From contig QPMI01000451.1 in assembly GCA_004431415.1 (NCBI GenBank), positions 66,091 to 130,090 on the forward strand: DNA of 64,000 nucleotides, in the 5' to 3' direction. Source of the stretch: Cyanophora paradoxa CCMP329. Taxonomy: Eukaryota > Plantae > Glaucophyta. The translations under genes and the position numbers were made by a program. How positions within the stretch are numbered: the stretch's first letter is position 1; each line of letters opens with the position of its first letter. Positions 1 to 12,290 of this stretch are shown one piece after another. Under the pieces are notes generated by a model, which saw nothing but the letters and a program-made list of their open reading frames with translations, did not search any database and was not told where the DNA came from.

Positions 1-154
1 GCGATCTGCTGCCACAGATCTCGATCTAGAGTAGCCAGTACTAGAAGAGCTCGCTAGCGCTAGGGGCGGTTCACTCTCAAGACGTCGCGTGTCGCGCCAA
101 AAATGCATCGATATCATGTTCCGTGTCTTTATTCTGGGTTGGCTAGCTCGAGAT

Positions 155-3100
155 CTAGAGGGCGCCGGCGGTAGCAAAGAGCTGCTCCTCGACCGAGCGG
201 ACACTCTGATGCAGCGAGATGGCGTCCGCCCCAACCGCCTCCGCCACCTGCCCGCGCGCTCCGCTCGCCCCGTCTGTCGTGCGAAGGCCGGCGGGGAGTC
301 CGCACCGCGTCGAGTGTGATCGCGTAGGAGCGGTGGAAGACGCCACCGGCCGTCTGCCCGTACATCACATACCCCCGCCCCAGCCGCGGTCCCGCCCCCG
401 CGCCCTGCCCCTCCACGCGCTCCGGCGGCGCCAGCTCGGGTGGTTGGGCGGGGTCGCCGGGCGGGGCGGCGGGGGCGGCGCGGGCGAGGCGCTCGAGGAG
501 GTGCGCCACGTCCTGAATCGCTGCGAACCGCGTCGGGCGCCCACGCCCGCACGCCCCGCCGGGGCCCTCGCACCCCGCGTAACGTGCGTCGCCGTCTCGC
601 CCGCCGGGGGAGGCCCCTCGGCGCTCGGGGCCGGGGCGTCGGGGTCGCTGGGCGGCGGAGCGGCCTCGTCGCGGGGCGGGGGGAGGACGTGCTCCAGGCA
701 GAAGCGGACGTACGCCGGCACCTCGTGCGGCTCCAGGGCCCTCGCCTCCCTGCCGCCCCCTCGCAACGCCGCCGGCCCTCTCGGGGGCAGGCGCGCACGC
801 GGGAGACCACGGGATGCGCCCTGGCGGGTCGGGCCGCGCCCACCGCGCGAGCTGCCCGCTGGCCCAGGTCGCCCAGGGGGAGAGGTGGAGCTGGCCAAGC
901 TGCGGGAGGGTGAGGGCGGCGGGGCAGGGACGAGGAGAGGTGCGCGCGGGTGCGGGGCGGGCGAGGGCGGCGGGGTCGTCGTCGAGGGCGTAGATGAGCT
1001 TCGCGGCAACCTGGGCTCCCTCAGCCCCCCCCCCCCCCCCCCCCCTCCCCTCCCCTCTCGAGGGCCTGCGCCGCGCACCAGCAGCGCCGCTGCCACGCCC
1101 CACCCGCGGCACGTCTCCTCCCGCGGCGGCTCGGCGCCGGCAGCCGCCTCCGCCGCACTCTCTTCGAGGCCCGCGGCCGACGGCTGCTTGCCCTTGCGCG
1201 GTGGCGGGGGCGGCGGTGCCGGGGCCGGCGGGGCGGCGAAGCGGATGAAGGCCTCGAGCTGCGGGCCGTCGCCCGTAGCGGGAAGGCGGGTCGGGGCGGG
1301 GCGCGCCTGGGGTCGCTTCGTGTTGGGCGGGAGGCGAAGGTCGACGAGGTCGAGCAGCTTGGCCGCCACCGCCGCCACCGCCCCTGCCGCCCGTCGCCCC
1401 GCCGCCCGCGCCGGCCGGCGGAGCGCGGCGCGCACCGGGGAGGCGCGTGGTGTGGGCGAGGCGGAAGAGGAGCGGGAGGGCGGGGTCGGGGGAGCGCGAG
1501 GCCGCAGAGATCGCGCAGCACGCCCAGCGCGTTCTCCAGCTGCCGCACCCCGGGCACGCCCTGCCGGCCCCTCGCGCCCCGCCCGCGCGCCCCGCCGGGA
1601 GCCAGCTCGTACCAGGGGCCGCAGGGGCGACGCGGCGGGGTCGTTGAGGAGACAGCGCCCGACACGGAGGCCGGCGGGGAGGCGGCGGTACGCGGCGAGG
1701 TACGGCAGCTCGCCTGCCCGCGCCCACCTGCAGCCCCACTCGCCGCCCGCCCCGGCGCGCCCGGCGGCGGCGCGGGGCGCGGCGCGCACCGGACGAAGTC
1801 GATGGGGAGAAGGGGCTCACGCAGCCAGGCGCAGGCCGCGAAGCAGATGGCGAGCGTCCACGCCGGCCTGCCGCCCCATCGCCCCCGAGCGCGGCGCGAC
1901 GCGGCGCAGCAGCGGGCGGCGTGGAGCGCGCCCATGCAGGAAGTGCCGGGCGCGCCGCGCCTCCTTCCCCGTCCTGCCCCGCTGCTGCGCGCCCCTCTTC
2001 TGCGCAGCACGCCATTAAGCAGGGGGGCGGGGGCAGCGGCAACGGCGGCGGCAGCAGCGGCTTCGGTGGCGTGCCCGGGGCCGGAGGGCGCGGGGCCCGT
2101 AGACCGCGACGGCGAGCTGCTCGGGCGCCACGTCGAGCGCCGCCGCAGCCGCCCCTGCCGGCACCGCCGCCTCCTCCTCGTCGCCGCCCCCCTCGCCGCG
2201 CCCCGCGAGCGCCCTGGCAGCCTCCTCCTCCACGCCCTCGCTGTCCCCAGCCTCCGCACTGGCGCCGCGGGCGCCGCGCTTGCGCTTCCGGCCGCCCCGG
2301 CCGCTGAATTTGCTGCCGACAGCGTCGGCGAGGGCGCGGGCAGTAGCGGGGTTGGCGCACGCGATTGCACGGCGCTGCGACCGAGCGAAGCGGCCGGTCT
2401 CGGGGGCCGGTCCCCGCAGGCGGGCGGCGGGCGCCTCGCCGGCCTCGTCCTCCTGCACGGCGAGCGCGGCCTCTTCGCCGCTGCCGGCCGCATCTCCGGC
2501 CTCCCCCGCCTCGTGCTCCCCGTCCTCGCGCTCTTCCTCGGCGGCGCCTTCGGCGGGCACCGCCGTGGGCAGCTCCTCGCCATCCCGCTCGCCGCCGTCC
2601 TCTACCGCCTCACCCTCCTCATCGACGGCGGCGGTGTCATCCTCGCCGCCCTCCTCCCCATCCCCCTCCCCCTCCTCGCCGCGGCGGGCGGAGCGCCGGT
2701 GCGGCCGCGCAGAGCCGACTCGGTACATGTTCGACTTGTCGTCCACGAGGTGGATGATGTCGGACAGGCGCGCCCCGTGCCCCGCCGACACCTCGAGGTA
2801 CCGGAACCATATGTCCCCCGCGCACTCCCGCACTGCCTCCGGCACCTGCGCCCCCGGCTCGTCGCGCGCGGGAGCGGACGGGGGCGTTACGCCGCGCACG
2901 TTGAAGCGCTGCACGAGCGCGTCCAGCTGCATCTTCATAATGAGCTGGAATCCCTCGTTGTACATCCGCGCGTCCTCCTCCGGCGACGTTTCCGGCAGCG
3001 AGTTCTCCGCGTCCCGCTGTGCCGCGATCTCTGCGGGAGGCGTCAGCCCCTGCTTGCGCGGCGCAACGCTGTGCGCGCCTTTGAGTTTCTGTCGAATCTC

Positions 3101-3353
3101 TTCGCTCTGTCGCGGCTCGCGCCGCTGCGTCTTCTGGCCTCCGATCGAGAGCACGCCCTTCGCCTGCTCGGTCTGCTCATCGCGAAAGTCCTGCGCGTAC
3201 GACTAAGCGAGCGCCAGCCTGCAACTTGCTGTGCGTACGCACATGGGATTGGAAGCCGCACACGCTGCAGACGAGGAGGCCCTGCTCCTCCTTGAACTCG
3301 AACGTACCGACCTGCCGACATATGCGGCACGGCGGCTGGGCCGCGGTGGCCAT
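155..3353 (-). CDS. TAF1B: RNA polymerase I initiation factor TAF1B/RRN7 homolog (multi-exon)
   Basis: N-terminal zinc ribbon MATAAQPPCRICRQ...GLLVCSVCGFQ (ATG 3353); then EGFQLIMKMQLDALVQRF / VPEAVRECAGDIWFRYL, typical of RRN7/TAF1B; C-terminal YVMY...FHRSYAITLDA / VAEAVGADAISLHQSVRSVEEQLF with stop at 155-157. Confidence 0.8.
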
Positions 3354-3486
3354 ACCGGGACGCTCCCGGCCGCCTAAACGAGCAGCTTTCAAGAGCTGCC
3401 ACAGGCGTCACGAGCGGGCCGAGGGGAGCAAGGGCCAGCTGGAGGGGTAGAGCGCCACAGGGTAGAGCGCCGGTTCGGTTTCGAGC

Positions 3487-6400
3487 ATGTTGACGCTTAG
3501 AAAGAGCATGTTCGAATTCGTGCTTGTCGGCTCCGCGAGCGCAGTCCCTGCAATGACGGCGCCTGGCCATGGGCGCTCGTCCCGGCGGCGCTCAAGCGCC
3601 TGGGTGCCGGGTGCATTGGATCTGCGTGCCCGGGCGCGCTTCCTCGAGCTAGCGAGCGAGCCATGCGAACACTCAGCTGCCGAGCGGGTGAGTATTGCAT
3701 CCCGCACGACGGTGCAGGCGTCAATCTCTGCGCAGCCGGCGACCGCGGCGGCGAAGGTACGAAACATGATCGGAGAGGATCTCGGGCTCCGCGTCCCCCT
3801 GGAGGTAAGGCGCGGCGCCGGTGGCGCTCTCCACATCTTGTCGCTGCAGCAGCAGGGCCGGGCCGCTCTGACGCTGGGCGCTTGAAGATGATCTCGCGCG
3901 CCACGGGCACGGTCGCCCTGGAGACGCATCTCCTCTTCGTGCGCGAGGTCGCCGTCGCCTTTTTGGGGATGTTCCTGTGCTCCGCTCCCTTAATCCTCCT
4001 CTACGCATCCGGCCCTGTGCGGCCCGCCCGCCCCCGCCCCCGCCCGCTCCGCCTCATCGGTGCCACGCTCTAGGGGGACCCCGTCGAGGGGCCTCTGCCT
4101 GGCGCCGCTGCGACGACACTCGGCAACCTCGGGACCGGTACGCGCCGGCGGGGGCGGCACCGGCCGCACGCACTCTCGCCGGCGACTGGGCGGCGCGCAG
4201 GGCGGGCGAACAGAACGTCGGGCGCGGGGGGGCCGGAGCGCGACGTGGTCTTCGCCCTCGGCCGCGTGCCCCTCCCGCGCGCCTCGTGCGCACGCGCGGC
4301 GATGCCGGCGGGCGGCCTGGGGCTGACGGCGGGGCAGCGTGGCGCTGCTGGCGGCCGGCGTGGACGCACTGGCGACCCTCTGCGGGGTGGCCGCACTCCT
4401 CCGCCTGCCCCGCCGCGTCCGCCCCGCCCCGCAAGCGCTCGGGGCGGCCGCTCATGGCCGGCAGCTCCGCGCCCTCGTCCGCGAGCGCACCGGCTGCATT
4501 GCGACCCTCGGTGCGGGTGGGGCGCGTGGGCGGGGCGCAGTGCGGGGGCGAGCTCGAGGGGCGGCAGGCTCGTACGGGGTGGAGGTGCGGGGCCTGCCGG
4601 CGGACGCGCGCGAGGGCGAGCTCCGCGCCTACTTCGAGGCCCTCCTCCCCGCCGCCGTCGTCGCCGAGGCCCGCCCCGCCCCGCACCGCCCTCGGCCCCG
4701 CGCGCCGGCGCAGAGGCGGCGCAGGTCGTCCTCGTGCGCGACAGCGCGCGCCTCGTCGACCTCTACCGCCGCCGCGCCGCCGCCCTCCGCCGCGTGCGCC
4801 CGCCCCGCCCCGCCCCGCCCCTGTCCGATGCCGCGCAGCTCGCCGCCGCCGAGGACCTCGTCCGCCGCAGCGGCGGCCGCCGCGGCGAGGCCGCCTTCCG
4901 TGCGCCCCGCGCCCTGGCCGCGCGGGGCGCGCCGGGGGCGCTGAGGCGGCGGGGCAGTGGGGGCGAACAGGAGACTCTTCAAGGCGAACCGGCGGATCGA
5001 GGAGGCGGCGGGGGAGGGGGCGCTCGCCGGCCAGCGCGTCCTGCTCGCCTACCTCACCTTCGAGAGGGCCGCCCACCAGCGCGACGCCATCGCCGCCTTC
5101 CGTTCCCTCTGGCCCCGCCACCGCCCCCCCGGTCCCGCCCCCGCCCGCCCCTCCCGCACGCCCCCCGGGCCGCGACGCGCCCCAGGTTGCGCGGCTGCGC
5201 CCTCCGCGTCTCGGCGGCGCCGGGTCCGTCGCCCAGCCGTCGCGGGCCCCGGCGCGCTGACCTCTCGCAGAGCCCGGCAGCATCCTGTGGGAGAACGTGC
5301 ACGTGGCCGGCTGGTCGGCGGTCGGGCGCCGCCTCCTCGCAACGCTCGCCACAGCCCTCATCATCGGCGTGGCATTCGCTCTAGCCGCCGCGCTCTCATC
5401 CTCGTTCCCCCGCACCGCGGCCCCGGCGGCGGGGCCGTGCCCGGACGCGGCGGCGGCGGCTGAGGTGCTGGAGGCGGACGCGCGATGCAGGGCGGCGTAC
5501 TGCGCGCAGCTCGGGCCGGCCGGCCTCGTCCGCGAGGCGGCGCGCTGCGGCCCCTTCGCCGCCGGCCCCGCCAGCACCGCCTCCTGGGCCGCCCTCACCG
5601 CCCTTCTCAGCTTCGCCGTCAACGCGCTCCTGCCGCCCCTCATCCGCCGTGCAGCCCGCCGGTCCCGCCCGGGCGCGCCGCCCCCGCCGACGGGGCGCAG
5701 GGCTGGTGCGCGTGGAGCGGCACGCGTCGCGGGCGGCCCTGAACGACTCGCTCGCCTGGAAGCGCGCCGCCCGGGCCCGGGGCGGGGCGGGGCGGGGGCT
5801 GACGGCGCGCAGGCTGCTGCTGGCGTCGTTGGCGAACACGGGCCTCGTAGCGCTGCTCGCCAATGCGCGCCTCGCCGGCGACGCCTGGGCCGATGCAGGC
5901 TGGGCGCCCCTCCTCCGCGGCGCCTTCCCCGACTTCACCCCGCGCTGGTACGCCGCGCTGGGCCCCAGCCTGGTGCGGGAGCCGGCTTCCCCTCCCCGCG
6001 GAGCGCCGCGGCGGCGTGACGGCGCGCAGATCGCTTCCGTGTGGCTCGCCGCCGCCGCGTGGCCCCTCCGCCTCCTCCTCCTCCGCCTCTGGCGCCTTGC
6101 CTCCGACCGCCTCGCGCGGCGCCGCGGCCGGCGCGCCGGGCCGGCGCAGGAGGGGGCGGGGCCCGGGGCGGAGGTGGAGGGGGCGGAGGGCGGGGCGGCG
6201 CTGGTGGGGGCGGCGGCGGTGGCGCTGCTCTTCTCGGGGGGATGCCGCTGGTTCTCGGGGCGTCGCCGCCGCCGCATCCGCCCACTACTTCGTCGAGAAG
6301 GCCGCCGCCCTCGCCTGGCGCCCCGCCCCCGCCCCTCCCTCCTCCCCGCCCCGCCCCTCTGCCCCCGCGCCGCCCTCATCGCCCCGCTCCTCCACCTCCC

Positions 6401-7289
6401 GCTCGGTGCCCCCGTCGCCGCCCCGCACCCGCGCCTTGAGATCGCGCGGCGCGGCGCTGACGGGGCGCGCGGCAGCGGCGTGGCAGCTCTCCGCGCCCTC
6501 GCTCTTTCCGTCGGACGTTGTGGCGGCGGGGGAGGTCCCGCAGGCCCTCACGGGGGGCGCCTGGGGCGGGGCCGCCGAGGGGTCGCCCCTGGGGGCGGCG
6601 CCGCGCCTGGGGCGCCTCGCCGTGCTGCCCCTCGTCCTCCTCTTCTGCATCGGCGCCTCCCTCCTCCTCCTGCACATCGCCCTCTCCCTCCTCTCCCTCT
6701 CCCTGCCCAGCCTCCTCCGCCGCGCCACCGCCGCCCTCCTCGCCCCGGCCCCCGAGCCCCTCGACGAGACCCTCCGCCCCTCCGACCTGCCCCCCCTCCG
6801 CACCAGTGCGCAGCGCTCTCGCGAGGGGGCGAGGCGGGGCGCTGACGGGCGGGTGTGCAGCGGTGCGGGAGCTGGAGGCGCGCGGATGGCTCACGTCGTA
6901 CCGCATTGACGCGAACCCCGCCTACGCGGGGCGCCTGCAGCTGCCGCCCGACTCCCGCCCCGCCTTCTACGCCCGGCGCGGCGCCTGCTGCGCCCTGCCC
7001 TGCCCGCCCGACGCCGCCGCGGCACCCGGGGCCCTGGACCTCTTCCCCGCGCGGGTCGCCCCGCGGCGGCTCTCGCTGCTGCTGCTGGGCCCCGCGGGGG
7101 CCTCGGATGGGGAGGGGAGCGGGGGCGAGGGCTGGGGCGAGGGCGGCTCGGGCGGCTCGGGGGCGTCGGGGGCGTCGGGCCGGAGAGCGCGGGGAGCGCA
7201 AGCGACGCCGAGTTCGCCGCCCTCGTCGCCGCCCGCGCCAGCGGCCCCGCCTCCGTCACGGAGCTCCCCGCAGCCCCCCACGCTCTTAG
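3487..7289 (+). CDS. OSCA/TMEM63(CSC1)/TMC-superfamily multi-pass channel-like protein (multi-exon; 3' end approximate)
   Basis: Spliced pieces YGVEVRGLP...ELRAYFE, AYLTFE, LRVSAAP-EPGSILWEN followed by TM helices, DFTPRWYAALG, and C-terminal SYRIDANPAY. These resemble protist OSCA/TMC-like proteins. Confidence 0.65.
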
Positions 7290-7367
7290 CTGCTCTCGCT
7301 GAAATCCGCTGTTTTATATTCTCGTCCGGGGGCTTCTACGGGAAGGGTCGGGCTGGTGGGAGGGTCG

Positions 7368-7399
<32 letters not shown>

Positions 7400-7432
7400 G
7401 GGTCGCGGGGGGGGGGGGGGGGGGCGCCGGGC

Positions 7433-9005
7433 CTAGAGGAGGCGGGCGAGCTTGAGGGCGGCGAGGGCGAGGGCGACGAAGGCGGCCATGGCGCCCCACT
7501 GCCACCAGAAGAGGACGATCTCGCCCTGCGCGGCGCCCGTCGCCGGGTTGCTCTCCATCGGGACGGGCACGTTCATGCCGAAGAGGGCCGGCAGGAGGCT
7601 CGGGGGCAGCAGGACGGCCATCACCATGGAGAGGTTCTTGACGATCTCGTCCGACTTGGTCTGCGCGCGCGCCATCTCCAACATCGCCCGCGCGCTGTGC
7701 GTCGCCTGCACCGACGCCAGCACCTCCCGCGCCGTCTCCGCCTGCTGCACCGCCGTCACCACGTGGTCCTCGATGTCCGTCAGGTACTGCCCCGCCCGTC
7801 AGGCCCGCCCCCGCCCCGCCCCCGCCCCGCCCCGCCGGCGCCCCGCCCCGCCCCGCACCGCCCGCATGTGGCGGCCCCGGAAGAGCTCGTCCCCCGCCTC
7901 GGGCGCCTGCCCGCCCGCCGCGCCTCCCCCGCCACCCCCAACCGCAGCAGCGCCCGCCGCTTCCGCTGCTGCCCGTCAGCCGCGCCTCGCCCCCGGCGGG
8001 CCCGACGCACGTCGAGGATGGGTTGCAGCCGAGCCAGACGCTCCCGCGCGCTGGCGACCCTCTGCGACGCCGTGAGGTGCCGGGGGCGCGGGGCGCGGGG
8101 CGCGGGCGGACCTGCTCGATGGGGCGCGGGCGGGGGAGCGCGGGGCGGGGCGGGCGCCGGGGCGGCCTCGAGCTCGAGGACCTCGGACTCCATGCCCTCG
8201 ACCTGGGGGCGCGTCGGGCGCGGCGGCGGCGGCGGCGCGGGGGCGCACGAGGCGGACGATGCACTGGACGTGAGCGTAGAGGGCGTCCGTGATCGCGTCC
8301 ATCGCCGCGTGCGCCGCCCAGTCGCCCCCGCAGCGCCCCCCCGCCCGCGCCCGCTTCGCCGCCGCCGCGAGGGCGGGGGCGGGGCGCGCGTGGAAGGTCG
8401 CCAGGAGGTCCGGGAAGACGACCATCACGCACGCCACCAGCGCCGTCTCCCCGGCCCCTGCCCCCCCCACGCCGCTCGCACCCGTCCGCGGGAGAGCCGA
8501 GAGCGCGCACGCGCGCGCGCGCCGCGCACGCAGGCTCTCGTCCACCATCATCACCACGAGGCTCACGTAGTTCCCCATCCGCGACACCGAGTCCGCCGCC
8601 GCGTCCAGCGCCAGGCACGCCTTCGTCGTCAGCGGGTGCAGGCAGAACCTGCCGACAGCGTCGACGTTGGCGCGGCCCGGAAGCCCGCGGAAAGAAGGCG
8701 CACAGAGCCTGCAGCCACTGCAGGTCCTCCTCGTGCGGCCCCTCGACGTCGATCCAGGCCGGCTGCGTGTCTGTCGGCATGACGACAGCGCGCGATGGAT
8801 GCAAACGCACCATGTCAGGGGAGCGGCGTGCGATGGCGTCGCACAGTGCCGGGAGGGATGCGTGCTCCGTCGGGAGTCCCTGCGGGTCGTACGTGACGAC
8901 CCTGCTCGACCGCAGGTCCACCTGCCCGGCGATTGAGTCTGCACGCGCCGAATGCACCGCAGAAGCCCGCTCTGAGCGCACCGGAGGTAGCGAGCGTGCG
9001 TCCAT
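7433..9005 (-). CDS. CorA-family Mg2+/divalent cation transporter (multi-exon)
   Basis: WIDVEGP...LQWL, FCLHPLT, AMDAITDALY, and C-terminal IVKNLSMVMAVLLPPSLLPALFGMNVPVP (GMN signature) plus a final TM helix; stop at 7433. Confidence 0.85.
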
Positions 9006-9127
9006 CCGTAAACTTTCACAAACACTGATCGTCGCGCGTTCGATCGCCGCTCGGAGACTTCATTTGTCTGGCCGCGCCAAGGACCAGGACGAGGCAGCTG
9101 TACCCCTGTCTAGAAGATCAAATCCCA

Positions 9128-11130
9128 TGGAGGCGTCGTTCTCCACCGCGCCCGTCATCTTAGAAGCGGGGAAAACATCGCATTGGTGCGGCAAAGAAGC
9201 TACGTGGCGCTGCCATGCACAGGTGCAGCTCTCAAAAACATTAGGGCGGGGGTTGCGCGCCGCCCACCCAGACGCTCACGTGCGTCGCCCAACAACAGAA
9301 CAGAGCGCCCAACAACAATATATCAGCTGCGCGCGCGCAAGCTCGGCGGTCTACGCGCGCAGCTTTCTTCGGTCATCAGCGCCCAGCCCTGCGCATCTGC
9401 ACCGGCGGGGCATCTATCCCGCGCCTTCATTGTCAGCGGCTGCAGGCGGCATTGTGCGCACCCCCCGCAAGTGATTGCTGCCAGGCTGACCCTCGCAGCG
9501 AGACCGGAAGACAAATTGCGCCCTGCGGGTCCCGAACGCGCCAGCTGGAAAGCCTTCACCGCGCTATCGAGTACCAGGCGGTTCAAATAACTAACTCCCT
9601 CAGCGTGCGTTCGTTTCCTCGCGCTCGGTTGGGATGCTAAGCGGCTTCGTGCGCAGGCGCTGGAGCACGCGCTGCACGCCTTTGCCGTTGCGGAGGACGT
9701 GGATGTGATGGTCCGCGACGCGCCCGGCCGTCCGCCGCGGTAGCACCTTTGACCGTCGACAGGCGGCGGCCTCGCGCCAAGTTCTGTCGATTGCGGGGCA
9801 TCATAGCCACAGGCGGAGCGTCGCGCGGCTGCGAGAGCTGCGGGCCGAGGCGGAGGATGTGGCCCGGGGCGCCGCAGAGGAGGAGCGCGAGCGAGCTCAG
9901 GCGCTCCTCTCCCGCATCTCCGAGCTGATCGAGTCCGGTCCGTTGCCTGCGCCACCAAGCCTTCCCGCGCTGAGGAGCCCGCAGGGAGGAAGGAGAGCGG
10001 CGCGGGGGCCGGGGCGGAGCGGTTGAAGCGGCGGATAGAGTGGCGGCTGCAGCAGCTGCAACGCGGGGGCGCGCTCGGCACTCTCAGCAGGGCCTTCGGC
10101 CCTGGACCGGCGATAGCGCCGCTGCCGTCCCCGGACCCGTATGCGGACAGGTACGAGCTGGGGCGGACGGCAGAGCTGCCGGAGGAGTACCTCGCCGCCC
10201 GCCGCGCCACCGACCCCGAGCCGGTGCGCGCGCCCCTGCCCCACCCCCCGCCCCGCCCTCACCCTCCGCCCCAGCGCTCGCCAGGGCAGCAGGGGCGGCA
10301 GCTGCTGCCGCTGCACGCGCTTCCAGCACGCGCTGCCGCGTTCTTCACGGCGGACTCTTACGGGAAGATGGGGCTCCTCGCGCGAGCTCATGCGGTATCC
10401 CGTCGCGCCACCCCCTCCCTGCATACATAGCACAGCTCATGCGTGGCTTTTTGGCTCAGGTGCGCGAGCGGCTCGAGGGCGCACGGGCTCTTGCGACCCT
10501 CGCCGCCGCCCTCCTCGCCGCCGCCGCGGCTGTAGCAGCCCGCGCCATCTCCTACTATCTCGCGTGCGCACCCCCTCATGGATCCACCCGCCTCTCACAC
10601 ATCATGGACGCGTTATCATATAGTATATGTGTTCCTTCGCTGTAGTGCCGCTCGGCCGCGCCCCCCGCGCCCCTCCGCCGCGCGCTGCCTCGACCGACGT
10701 CGACGCGCGCGGCAGGGACGCGCTGCGGCGGGACGCGCTCTTCCTCGCGCGGGGCGGGGCGGTGGGGCCGGTGGGCCCGCTGCTGCTGCGAGCGGCCCTG
10801 CAGGCCGTGCTCGCGTCGCCCCTGCTGCGCCCCGCGGTGGCCCTCTTCGTCGCCTGGGAGGGCGAGGGGCCGCTGCGCGCCGGCCTCGGCCCCGCACGCG
10901 CCAACGCCGCCCGCGTGCGCGAGGCGAGCGCCGACACGGTCGAGCTGCTGCCGAGCGGCCGCGTGCTGCGCGCCCTGCTGGACGCCGCCGCCGCCGCCGC
11001 CGCCTTCGCCCGCGCCCGCTGGGGCGCCCTCGTGCGGCGGCCTCCGCCCGGCACGCAGGAGCGCGAGGAGCGCGAGCTGGGTGGGGGCGACCCCTCCGCA
11101 TCCGACGGCAGCGAGCCCCGCGGCCACTGA
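9128..11130 (+). CDS. Hypothetical multi-exon protein
   Basis: Protein-like exon blocks (ALEHALHAFAVAEDVDVM; DPYADRYELGRTAELPEEYL; final exon ending EPRGH* at 11130) separated by intron-like GT/GC...CAG segments. No family recognised; start uncertain. Confidence 0.45.
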
Positions 11131-12290
11131 TCATCATGGCATGACCTGAGTGCTTAAGCTTTGATTTTGATTTGGCCGATTTGGCCGAAGAGCTCTGTAG
11201 TCGGGCCTTTGATCGATATCACGAGCTAGGGCTCTGCAGTTGATCATGATCATCCGATCATGTGCATGCCTCCGGGATCCTCGTCTTTCAAGCCTCCGAG
11301 GCTCTAGATCTCTTGATAGCTCCTTTTTCAAAATATCTAGTGATTTATAGCCGCTGAGCGGTTCCGTAGTACAGTCTTAATTATAAGCTTCTTGGTATTT
11401 TCTTGGTGTCGTCTCGATGTTTCGGCGCTTCCGCTGCATAAAATATTTCAAGTTTTGGCGAGACACGCGATGTCGCCTGTAGAGTCCGACGGTCACTCAC
11501 TGAGTCCATGCTACATAGTAGATTAACCCATGTTCCCCTTGGAAGAAAATTCCGTTTAGTACTACGGCAGACTCAAACTGCCAGCATTGAGAGCGGTGCG
11601 AACAGTCAAAGTCACTGACTGGACTGTGCTCCATGGGTGGTCCAGCCTGGGCTGCCAACAGTCGTGCCAGCATGTTTGGTAAGTGGGGAACTTGTGAATC
11701 GCAGGCCAGTGGTTGAGTTGTCGCTCTCATTGGTATACTCAATTCGATATGCACTTGAAGGCTGCCAGTGCTGCCTTGACTCACTGTGGTCACTGAGACA
11801 GGCTCCACATGAGAAGGAAAAGTCACTGAGTGATGTATGACTCTGTGACTTCTTAAAAAAAGTAGCGGCAGCCGCTGCCCTTGCCAGTGAGCTTGGAAGT
11901 ATGAAGTGGGAAGATCTGCCACAGAGTGGAGTTTTGTGGCTGAAATTGGGTATCCGGCAGTTCTGTCAATGGAAAGTCCCTTTAGTGCTGTGGTGCACTT
12001 GATTGCTCAGTGCCGATTCAGAACCAGTTCGATTCTTGGCAAACAATAAATAATACATTAAACATCTTGGCATGTACAACAAAAAGAAAAGCATATGTTC
12101 CACAATGTACAAACAACAAAACAAGACAAAAAACAAAAAAACACAACACTAACACAACGTTCACACATTCACAACAAACAAAACAGAAACTTGCCAAATT
12201 GAAATTGAAGAGATTGTACTTGCATTGTTTGTTTAACATCTAGATCAGTGGCATCTAGATCTTTACATTGATCATGATGCATGCATTATT

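Noticed and set aside
129-8782. Many 400-750 aa Arg/Gly/Pro/Ala-rich ORFs on both strands (also at 38-59 kb)
   Set aside because: Caused by stop-codon scarcity at very high GC. They read through introns and off-frame exons of the real spliced genes.
11497-11922. Chromodomain-like end of a minus-strand ORF (GLIYYVAW)
   Set aside because: The resemblance is too weak, in decayed sequence, to call.
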